Assembly: GCA_000999315.1 (NCBI GenBank) | Contig: LCFW01000004.1 | Coordinates: 5,540-69,539 of the forward strand | Length of the DNA stretch: 64,000 nucleotides | Reading direction: 5' to 3' | Source: Candidatus Peregrinibacteria bacterium GW2011_GWF2_43_17 | GTDB lineage: Bacteria > Patescibacteriota > Gracilibacteria > UBA1369 > UBA12470 | Part shown: in pieces, positions 43,882-50,583 of the stretch | Position numbering within the stretch: position 1 is the stretch's first letter | How the letters are laid out: every line of letters starts with the position of its first letter | The notes under the pieces: model-generated | What the model was told of the DNA's origin: nothing | Database searches by the model: none | Seen by the model: only the letters and a program-made list of their open reading frames with translations | Program-made: the position numbers and the translations under genes

Positions 43882-44099
43882 GAGCAAAGATTATCAGGAG
43901 TTCCAGGGAACGAGCAACAGAAAATCACGTCTACCTGATCAAACGGAGCTTCCAAAGGCGAACTTGCGAGCCCTCCCTCATGCCGCTCAAAACCAAAACA
44001 CGTAAGCGCAACAAAAGCATCCCTCATCTCTTGAACATCACCTGCCAGCGCAACGAAATCAACATCGGCGGCACAAGATGCCACTCTCAAATCAACCAT
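43878..44099 (-). CDS. Small hypothetical protein (73 aa), possibly the downstream half of a frameshifted ORF of about 108 codons
   Basis: Its TGA overlaps the PRMT ATG as ATGA, which suggests translational coupling. The upstream 39-codon ORF (44093-44212) would join it in frame if one copy of a 7-nt tandem repeat were removed. Confidence 0.35.
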   Translation of the reverse strand: MVDLRVASCAADVDFVALAGDVQEMRDAFVALTCFGFERHEGGLASSPLEAPFDQVDVIFCCSFPGTPDNLCS

Positions 44100-44231
44100 C
44101 AACCATCAACCGACTATCCTTTAATAAACCCACACATCTCGTCAAAGCACATTCGACAAGACGACCATAACTTTCTTTTAAATCATCCTGATTTTCACCT
44201 ACGGTTTCCATAATTTTTTATAAAGGCATAT

Positions 44232-44259
44232 ATTCTACGTATTCCGGCACCCCTGTCAA
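44232..44259 (-). promoter_or_regulatory. Candidate sigma-70 promoter of the PRMT operon (TTGACA-16 nt-TAGAAT)
   Basis: On the minus strand, TTGACA lies at 44259-44254 and TAGAAT at 44237-44232. It sits about 20 nt upstream of the first small ORF ATG (44212). Confidence 0.45.
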
Positions 44260-44319
44260 CCTCTTTCTCCCCTTCAGTCAAGCTTTTATAGTATAATTAA
44301 TTATCATAAATTTGAAAAT

Positions 44320-44514
44320 ATGAGCACTTACGAACAACCGTCTCAGGACAAATTGCTTAATATGTATAATCAGCACGAAGCAAATACTGCGCAAATAAGG
44401 GAAGACGCGGCAAGAGCTATGGCCGAGTTGAATGGTCGAAGAATTGAATTTGAGCTCGCCCTAGAAGGCATATTTACAAAACCGGAAGGTGTTTTTCGAG
44501 ATATTTCCTTCTAA
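44320..44514 (+). CDS. Small hypothetical protein (64 aa)
   Basis: An open frame followed by a 7-bp hairpin (GACTGAA/TTCAGTC, 44521-44541). No motif recognised. Confidence 0.35.
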   Translation: MSTYEQPSQDKLLNMYNQHEANTAQIREDAARAMAELNGRRIEFELALEGIFTKPEGVFRDISF

Positions 44515-44711
44515 AAACGACTGAAGCTTTCTTTCAGTCCCAAGTCACCACATCCGTCATTCGGATTTCCACCTATGGTTTTCGTGCTTTTTTACAAAGA
44601 TCTACGTCTTACATATTCCGACACTTCTGTCAACCTTTTTCTCCCCCCATCCTCAACTTTTCCATTAAAATACTTAAAGTTCCTAGGACCTATATACTCT
44701 TAACTACCCCC

Positions 44712-45737
44712 ATGTACGCAGTCATCCTCGCGGGAGGAGCCGGCACACGCCTTTGGCCCCTCTCAACAGAAGAAAAACCCAAGCAGTTTCACGCTCTCGT
44801 TTCGGATAAAACGATGCTACAGGAAGCTTTTGAACGCGCCTCTTTTTTACCTGCAAGAAATATTTACGTCGCAACTAATGAAAAATATATTCACTTCGTA
44901 AAAGAACAACTCCCCGAAATCCCGGAAGAAAACATCTTGATCGAACCCGCGCTCAGAGACACCGCAACATGCATCGGCTTCGCCGCCGCAATAATCAACA
45001 AGCGAGATCCCGAATCTGTCATGGCAGTGATCTATGCCGATCATATGGTGAAAGACAAAGACGAGTTCGCAAGCAAACTGAAAACAGCGGAAGCCGTCGC
45101 CCTTCGCGACCACACATTGAACATCGTAGAAGTTGAAGCACGCGAACCAAACACGAATTTCGGCTACGTCGAAATCGGCCCCGAAATCGAAAAAATAGAT
45201 GGCAATTCAATAAAATCTTTCAAAAAATTCACAGAAAAACCCGACCTCGCAACCGCAAAAAAATATATAGAATCCGGCAAATACCTCTGGAACACCGGCT
45301 ACTACGTTTGGCGCACATCCGACATTCTGGAAAAATACAAAAAACATCTTCCCGACACATACGCCCGATTAATAAAAATGCAGTCCTCACCCGAAACAAT
45401 CGCCGCGGAATATCCGCAGTGCCAAAAAATCTCCATCGACTACGCAATCATGGAAAAACTCTCTCCTGACGAAGTCAGAATCCTCCCGGCAACCTTGGGC
45501 TGGAGCGACATCGGAACTTGGGAAACTTTATTCAAAGAACTTCATAACAGCGCACCAAACATCGAAAAAGGCGAAATCCAATCCGTAGACAGCGAAGGCA
45601 ACCTCATCTACAACTACGTCAAAAATCAAAAAATAAATCTCCTCGGGATAAAAGATTGCGCAATCGTAAACACGGGGAAAGATATATTGATTTGCCCTTT
45701 GAAAGAGAGCCAAGACGTAAAGAAGCTACAGAAATAA
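44712..45737 (+). CDS. manC: Mannose-1-phosphate guanylyltransferase (nucleotidyltransferase part only)
   Basis: AVILAGGAGTRLWPLS, plus GYVE and a left-handed helix region. At 341 aa it lacks the C-terminal cupin found in bifunctional ManC. Confidence 0.85.
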   Translation: MYAVILAGGAGTRLWPLSTEEKPKQFHALVSDKTMLQEAFERASFLPARNIYVATNEKYIHFVKEQLPEIPEENILIEPALRDTATCIGFAAAIINKRDPESVMAVIYADHMVKDKDEFASKLKTAEAVALRDHTLNIVEVEAREPNTNFGYVEIGPEIEKIDGNSIKSFKKFTEKPDLATAKKYIESGKYLWNTGYYVWRTSDILEKYKKHLPDTYARLIKMQSSPETIAAEYPQCQKISIDYAIMEKLSPDEVRILPATLGWSDIGTWETLFKELHNSAPNIEKGEIQSVDSEGNLIYNYVKNQKINLLGIKDCAIVNTGKDILICPLKESQDVKKLQK

Positions 45738-45738
45738 A

Positions 45739-45999
45739 CTAATAGACCTGATTGTGAGTTCCGACATCAAGCATCACAACCAAGACATAATTGTCGAACT
45801 CTTCGAAAACAACTCGCAAATCACCACCAGCCCAAAAAGCCCTCTTCCCTTCCAGTCGACCATTCAAAGAGTGATTTCTCAGGATCGGATCATACGGATT
45901 CGCAATAAATCTTTTTATCGCGCCATCCACTTTAACTTTCAACTTGTTATCAAGTTTTCGATATCGTTTTTCGAAATTTTTATGGAATTCGAGAATCAT
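45739..45999 (-). CDS. Type II toxin, RelE/YafQ family mRNA interferase
   Basis: 86 aa, with ...NHSLNGRLEGKRAFWAGGDLRVVFEEFDNYVLVVMLDVGTHNQVY fitting the RelE/YafQ C-terminal pattern. It lies 1 nt downstream of a DinJ-like gene. Confidence 0.75.
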   Translation of the reverse strand: MILEFHKNFEKRYRKLDNKLKVKVDGAIKRFIANPYDPILRNHSLNGRLEGKRAFWAGGDLRVVFEEFDNYVLVVMLDVGTHNQVY

Positions 46000-46000
46000 C

Positions 46001-46279
46001 TCATTTCAAACTATCCAAATAAGATTTAGCCTCACTCCACCCTTTCACCTTCTTAACATTTTTCCCAATCCTCGCCTCGCCGGAAGCGTTTAAAATCGCA
46101 ACCTCTTCACCAATAGTCATGCCGTTCTCGGTAACTAACCTAAACGGTATCCCCTTATTAATCACTATTTGCCTCAAATAAACCTTGATAGCGGAACTCA
46201 TATCCATTCCAACATCATCAAGGACTTTTTTCGCAGAATTTTTCGTTTTTTCGTCTATACGAATCTGTATAGTGGACAT
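46001..46279 (-). CDS. Type II antitoxin, RelB/DinJ family
   Basis: IQIRIDEKTKNSAKKVLDDVGMDMSSAIKVYLRQIVINKGIPF is the DinJ ribbon-helix-helix signature. Confidence 0.75.
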   Translation of the reverse strand: MSTIQIRIDEKTKNSAKKVLDDVGMDMSSAIKVYLRQIVINKGIPFRLVTENGMTIGEEVAILNASGEARIGKNVKKVKGWSEAKSYLDSLK

Positions 46280-46304
46280 AGAAAAGAAGGTTAAATCTAT
46301 TGTA

Positions 46305-46334
46305 ATTATATCTCGCCTGTCACTACATTGTCAA
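46305..46334 (-). promoter_or_regulatory. Near-consensus sigma-70 promoter of the toxin-antitoxin operon (TTGACA-18 nt-TATAAT) with ACAAT repeats
   Basis: On the minus strand, TTGACA lies at 46334-46329 and TATAAT at 46310-46305. GACAATGTAG overlaps the -35 and TTACAATAG follows the -10; these are plausible antitoxin operator half-sites. Confidence 0.5.
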
Positions 46335-46450
46335 TACGTGAAAAAACTACAAAAATGACCATATGTCTACGGGACTATAAGCCTATTTTCCCAAATCCCT
46401 AGCTTCGAATCCCACATCGGAATAAACTATACGCGCTTATTTTTTATAGG

Positions 46451-46831
46451 ATGGAAATACAAATAAAACCAAAACCGTGGGGCAAAGAAATATGGTTCGC
46501 GCACACAGATAAATACGCTGGGAAAATTTTAGAAATAAAAAAAGGACACAGGTATTCCCTCCAGTACCATAAGCGAAAATTCGAGACTCAATACGTCCTA
46601 GAAGGCCGCGTCAAAATGACTTACGGCAAAGAAGAAATCATCCTCAATCCCGGCGACAAAATCGACATAACTCCGGGCACAGTCCACAGAGCGGAAGGCC
46701 TCGAAGACAGCAAAATCCTCGAAGTCTCAACCCCGGACCTGGACGACGTTGTAAAAATCGAAGACGACTACGGCAGAAAAGGCGAAGGCAACGACGACGC
46801 TCTCGACACAAAACTCTCAACAAAGTTATAA
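46451..46831 (+). CDS. Cupin-domain protein (type II phosphomannose-isomerase-like)
   Basis: PWGKEIW, KGHRYSLQYHKRKFETQYVLEG and PGTVHRAE are cupin motifs 1 and 2, as in the C-terminal domain of bifunctional ManC. Confidence 0.7.
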   Translation: MEIQIKPKPWGKEIWFAHTDKYAGKILEIKKGHRYSLQYHKRKFETQYVLEGRVKMTYGKEEIILNPGDKIDITPGTVHRAEGLEDSKILEVSTPDLDDVVKIEDDYGRKGEGNDDALDTKLSTKL

Positions 46832-46845
46832 CTTAATTTACTCCT

Positions 46846-49800
46846 ATGAAACGCTACCTCTCATGGCAACTCGCCACAATCGTCATCATGGCTCTCGTGC
46901 TGGGCTTTATCAGTATGCCCTACAGCCTCCAAAGTAAAATTCTCCCCTCCGAATCCGAATTTCTCAAAAATACATACATAAACCTCGGATTAGACTTACA
47001 AGGCGGCACACAACTCGACTACAAAGTCGACTTAAGAAATGTTGGCGATGCCGACAAAGAGTCAATCGTCGAAGGCGTAAAAGAAGTAATTTCAAAAAGA
47101 GTAAACGGGTTGGGAGTAGCGGAACCAACAATTTATATTTCTCAAATAGCTGACGAATACCATATCGTAGTTGAACTCGCAGGTATAAAAGACCTCGAAG
47201 AAGCAAAATCTGTAGTTGGCAAAACAATCCAGCTTGAATTCAAAGAAGAAAGCACCGATACCAATTTGGCGGAAGAACAAAAAACGGAAAGATACGGTTA
47301 CGCATCCGCGGCACTCGAGGCGGTTTTAGGCGGACAAGACATAAAAGTTATCGGGGAAGAAGATCAACTCGCCTACCCAAGTATCGCAGTATACTCGGAA
47401 ACAGAGCTCACACCGGCAGATGAACTTTCTGAAACGATTAAAAACGCCGTAAGCGGACTTGAATCCGGCAATATCGTACAAGAAGTCGTCGAAGGAGAAG
47501 ACGGATATACTTATACATACGGTGGCGACCTTATTCCTCTTACGGGATATTTCGTAATACAAGTCACGGATCACCAGTTCGTTGACGAAACGGAGAGCAA
47601 CGACAAGGAAGTACAAGCCAGTCACATTTTAATAGGCTGGGATACATCGGAAGTCGGATCGGATAGAACAAAAGACGAAGCATACACATTAATTGCGGAA
47701 ATCCTCGAAAAAGCCAATAACGGAGAAGATTTCGCAGAATTGGCAAAAACTTATTCCGAAGATTTGGGATCCGGACAGAACGGGGGCGAACTTGGATACT
47801 TCGGCGCGGGAACAATGGTACAAGCATTTGAAGATGCCGCATTCGCAATGGCAACGGGCGGAATTTCAGATATAGTGGAAACCGAATTCGGCTACCATAT
47901 AATCAAGGTAACCGACATAAAAGAAGCTTCCTCGGAAGCGATAACGGTTGAGAAATACGCATTCAACCAAATCACCTACTCAACCGTTGCGGATCCATGG
48001 GTCACAACCGAACTGACAGGTGAACATTTCGTACATGCCGACGTACAATTCGACCAAAACAACACGCCATACGTATCAATAGAATTCGATGAAGAAGGAG
48101 GCAAACTTTTCGAAGAGATCACCTCCAGAAATGTCGGAGGACCACTCGCGATTTTCGTAGGAGGTGAAATGATCTCGGCACCAACGGTCAACGAAGCGAT
48201 TTCAGGAGGCAAAGCCCAAATAACGGGTCAATTCTCAGTTGAAGAAGCAACCAACTTGGCAAGAGATCTGAACACGGGCGCCATACCGGCTCCGATAACT
48301 TTGGCGGGGCAATACACAATCGGCGCATCTCTTGGCACGGAAGCCTTACACTCAAGTTTAATCGCCGGATTAATCGGACTTATCGCACTTGGATTATTCA
48401 TGCTTTTATACTATAGACTCCCGGGCTTAATGGCGGATATCGCGCTTTGTATCTATGTAATACTTTTAGTATTCGCAATCAAAGTCGCTCTCCCATTGGC
48501 GGTAGCAATCTTAATCGCCTTCGGAATATTTGGAGCAATAGTGGCAATTCTTCTTAAATCCAACGATCCGGGATGGGAAAAGTTAATCACATTCGTGTTG
48601 GCTTGTTTCATCCTTTTCTTCATGTCTTTTGTACTATCGAGCCAAATTACATTAACTCTCGCAGGTATAGCCGGCGTCGTCCTTTCCATAGGTATGGCGG
48701 TTGATGCCAACGTATTGATTTTTGAAAGAATAAAAGAAGAACTCAAAGCCGAGAAACCTTTCGCACTCGCAATAGAAACGGGTTTCCAAAGAGCTTGGGA
48801 TTCAATCAGAGATTCAAACTTCTCTTCATTGATCACATGCGCAATACTTATATACTTCGGCTCATCAATCATCAGAGGATTCGCATTCAACCTTGCCCTA
48901 GGTATTTTGATCTCAATGTTCACGGCAATAACGATTACAAGAACATTCTTGCGAAGCGCGGTAGGCAAAAAAGCTCTCGAAAGCGACTTTTTATTCGGAA
49001 TAAACAGAAAGAAAAAACATGTACAATTAAAGATCATCAAGAACTCAAAATTCTGGCTCGCCGCTTCCGCCGTTATCGGGGCAATCTCAATCATCGTAAT
49101 TCCGTTATTCGGATTCAACTGGGGCATGGATTTCACAGGCGGGACTTCGATGGAAATAAAATTCTCACAAGAAGTCACATCTGAAGAACTGACTTCGGCA
49201 ATGACGGAAATCGATACGGAACTCGATACGGAAACCGGCACGGAAAGCGTCCTGGTCGTCGATCAAGAACAGTCCGACGAACCTGTCGAACTCGGTACTC
49301 CGATCATAGTAAAAACCAACGACGGATCTTACATAATCAAAATCAAACATATCTCCGAAGAAACACACAACTACATAATAAGCGCACTTGAAAACAGATT
49401 CGGAGAACTCGAAGAACCGAAATTCACAACGATAGGTCCGACAATCGGGGAAACTTTGAAGAAAAAAGCAATCATCGCCATCTTCATAGCACTCGTAATG
49501 ATCGTCATGTATATAGGTTTCGCATTCAGAAAAGTACCAAGAAAAGTCGGCGCATTCAGATTCGGCATCTGCGCAATCATCGCCCTGGTACACGACCTAT
49601 TGCTCGTAATAGGATTGTTCGTCGTCTTAGGCAAATTCGCCAACGTCGAAATAGACGCTCTCTTTATAACAGCACTACTAACAATCTTAGGCTTCTCGGT
49701 ACACGACACAATCGTAGTTTTCGACAGGATCAGAGAGAATTTGAGGAAAGGTTTATATGCAACTTTCGCCGAGACTACAGACGCCGCATTGAATCAAACC

Positions 49801-50007
49801 TTGGCAAGATCTGTAAACACATCATTGGCAACTTTGATCACAATCGTTTCTCTCCTGATATTCGGCGCGGATTCGATATTCTACTTCGTACTCGCATTGA
49901 CGGTAGGCATAATATCGGGAACATACTCCTCGATCTTCATCGCCTCTCCATTGTTGGTATTGTGGAATAAATATAACGAGAACAAGAAACACAGCCACCT
50001 AAACTAA
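46846..50007 (+). CDS. secDF: SecD-SecF fusion protein with an inserted parvulin-type PPIase domain
   Basis: SecD N-terminus and P1 base (LGLDLQGGTQL, VELAGI, IFVGGEMISAPTV), six TM helices, then SecF (GMDFTGGTSMEIKF) with six more TM helices. Residues about 256-358 (nt 47611-47920) read as a PpiC/parvulin domain: ASHILI...EDFAELAKTYSED.GSGQNGGELGYFG.G.MV.AFEDAAF......SDIVETEFGYHIIKV. Confidence 0.9.
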   Translation: MKRYLSWQLATIVIMALVLGFISMPYSLQSKILPSESEFLKNTYINLGLDLQGGTQLDYKVDLRNVGDADKESIVEGVKEVISKRVNGLGVAEPTIYISQIADEYHIVVELAGIKDLEEAKSVVGKTIQLEFKEESTDTNLAEEQKTERYGYASAALEAVLGGQDIKVIGEEDQLAYPSIAVYSETELTPADELSETIKNAVSGLESGNIVQEVVEGEDGYTYTYGGDLIPLTGYFVIQVTDHQFVDETESNDKEVQASHILIGWDTSEVGSDRTKDEAYTLIAEILEKANNGEDFAELAKTYSEDLGSGQNGGELGYFGAGTMVQAFEDAAFAMATGGISDIVETEFGYHIIKVTDIKEASSEAITVEKYAFNQITYSTVADPWVTTELTGEHFVHADVQFDQNNTPYVSIEFDEEGGKLFEEITSRNVGGPLAIFVGGEMISAPTVNEAISGGKAQITGQFSVEEATNLARDLNTGAIPAPITLAGQYTIGASLGTEALHSSLIAGLIGLIALGLFMLLYYRLPGLMADIALCIYVILLVFAIKVALPLAVAILIAFGIFGAIVAILLKSNDPGWEKLITFVLACFILFFMSFVLSSQITLTLAGIAGVVLSIGMAVDANVLIFERIKEELKAEKPFALAIETGFQRAWDSIRDSNFSSLITCAILIYFGSSIIRGFAFNLALGILISMFTAITITRTFLRSAVGKKALESDFLFGINRKKKHVQLKIIKNSKFWLAASAVIGAISIIVIPLFGFNWGMDFTGGTSMEIKFSQEVTSEELTSAMTEIDTELDTETGTESVLVVDQEQSDEPVELGTPIIVKTNDGSYIIKIKHISEETHNYIISALENRFGELEEPKFTTIGPTIGETLKKKAIIAIFIALVMIVMYIGFAFRKVPRKVGAFRFGICAIIALVHDLLLVIGLFVVLGKFANVEIDALFITALLTILGFSVHDTIVVFDRIRENLRKGLYATFAETTDAALNQTLARSVNTSLATLITIVSLLIFGADSIFYFVLALTVGIISGTYSSIFIASPLLVLWNKYNENKKHSHLN

Positions 50008-50063
50008 CATTGAGTGACTCTGCAACGCTACGGAAAGCGAAGCTTTAGTGAATCAACACCAGG

Positions 50064-50132
50064 TTTTTTGTGTTGTCTCGAGCAACTCCACAGCGCTACC
50101 GTTCCATGCTCCAAGAGAGACAACACAAAAAA
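50064..50132. repeat. 16-bp perfect inverted repeat with 37-nt spacer, abutting the tRNA-Arg 3' end
   Basis: TTTTTTGTGTTGTCTC (50064-50079) pairs with GAGACAACACAAAAAA (50117-50132). Confidence 0.6.
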
Positions 50133-50134
50133 AC

Positions 50135-50211
50135 TGGTGCGCCCGGAGGGAATCGAACCCACAACCCCCGGTTCCGAAGACCGGTGCTCTATCCAATTGA
50201 GCTACGAGCGC
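50135..50211 (-). tRNA. tRNA-Arg (anticodon UCG), CCA encoded
   Basis: The reverse complement is GCGCTCG-TA-GCTC-AATTGGATA-GAGC-A-CCGGT-CTTCGGA-ACCGG-GGGTT-GTGGG-TTCGATT-CCCTC-CGGGCGC-A-CCA. It folds as a cloverleaf with one G-U in the acceptor stem and one T-T mismatch in the T stem. Confidence 0.88.
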
Positions 50212-50292
50212 AAACCGCTAACGTCGTAAATAGTACATAGGACACAGGAAATAGTCCAGACGCTCAAAAGACGCGGCTCTCCAATCCTTAAT

Positions 50293-50583
50293 CTAAGGAA
50301 CCTCTGAAAAACATACTTCCTACTGCAATTCCCATCTTTCGGCTGCAAACAGCTCAGACCTCCTCGACCAGGCTGTCCGACAATGAACTTTTTTAAGAAA
50401 ACGCATTGTTTTTAAATTTGCTTAATAATTCGCAATGCTTTTTGCTATCTGTTGCACAGAATAACATTTTACGCGTCAATCCTTCGCTTGTTTAGGACCG
50501 TCCTCCAATTTCATTGTCGGACGGTCTTCGCTCGAAAGAATGAGAATTTCGTAACGGAACCACATTTTTCAGAGGTTCCCTAG
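50293..50583 (-). repeat. Palindromic intergenic element, copy E2 (291 nt; inverted relative to E1, different and larger core)
   Basis: The arms 50297-50368 and 50527-50579 are 100% identical to the reverse complement of the E1 arms. The 158-nt core (50369-50526) is unrelated to the E1 core and is bounded by its own 13-bp inverted repeat, GTCCGACAATGAA (50375-50387) / TTCATTGTCGGAC (50510-50522). TA lies on both flanks. The right end supplies the last four codons and the stop of the 729-aa ORF. Confidence 0.8.

Noticed and set aside
43888-44230. The possibility that the roughly 340-nt GC-richer stretch upstream of the PRMT gene is a structured RNA such as RNase P, SRP or tmRNA
   Set aside because: None of the universally conserved motifs of those RNAs was found on either strand. 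The region is better explained by two short ORFs, one of them ATGA-coupled to the PRMT gene.
50014-50229. 71-codon plus-strand ORF downstream of secDF
   Set aside because: It is explained by the minus-strand tRNA-Arg (50135-50211) and the adjacent 16-bp inverted repeat. It has no coding signal of its own.
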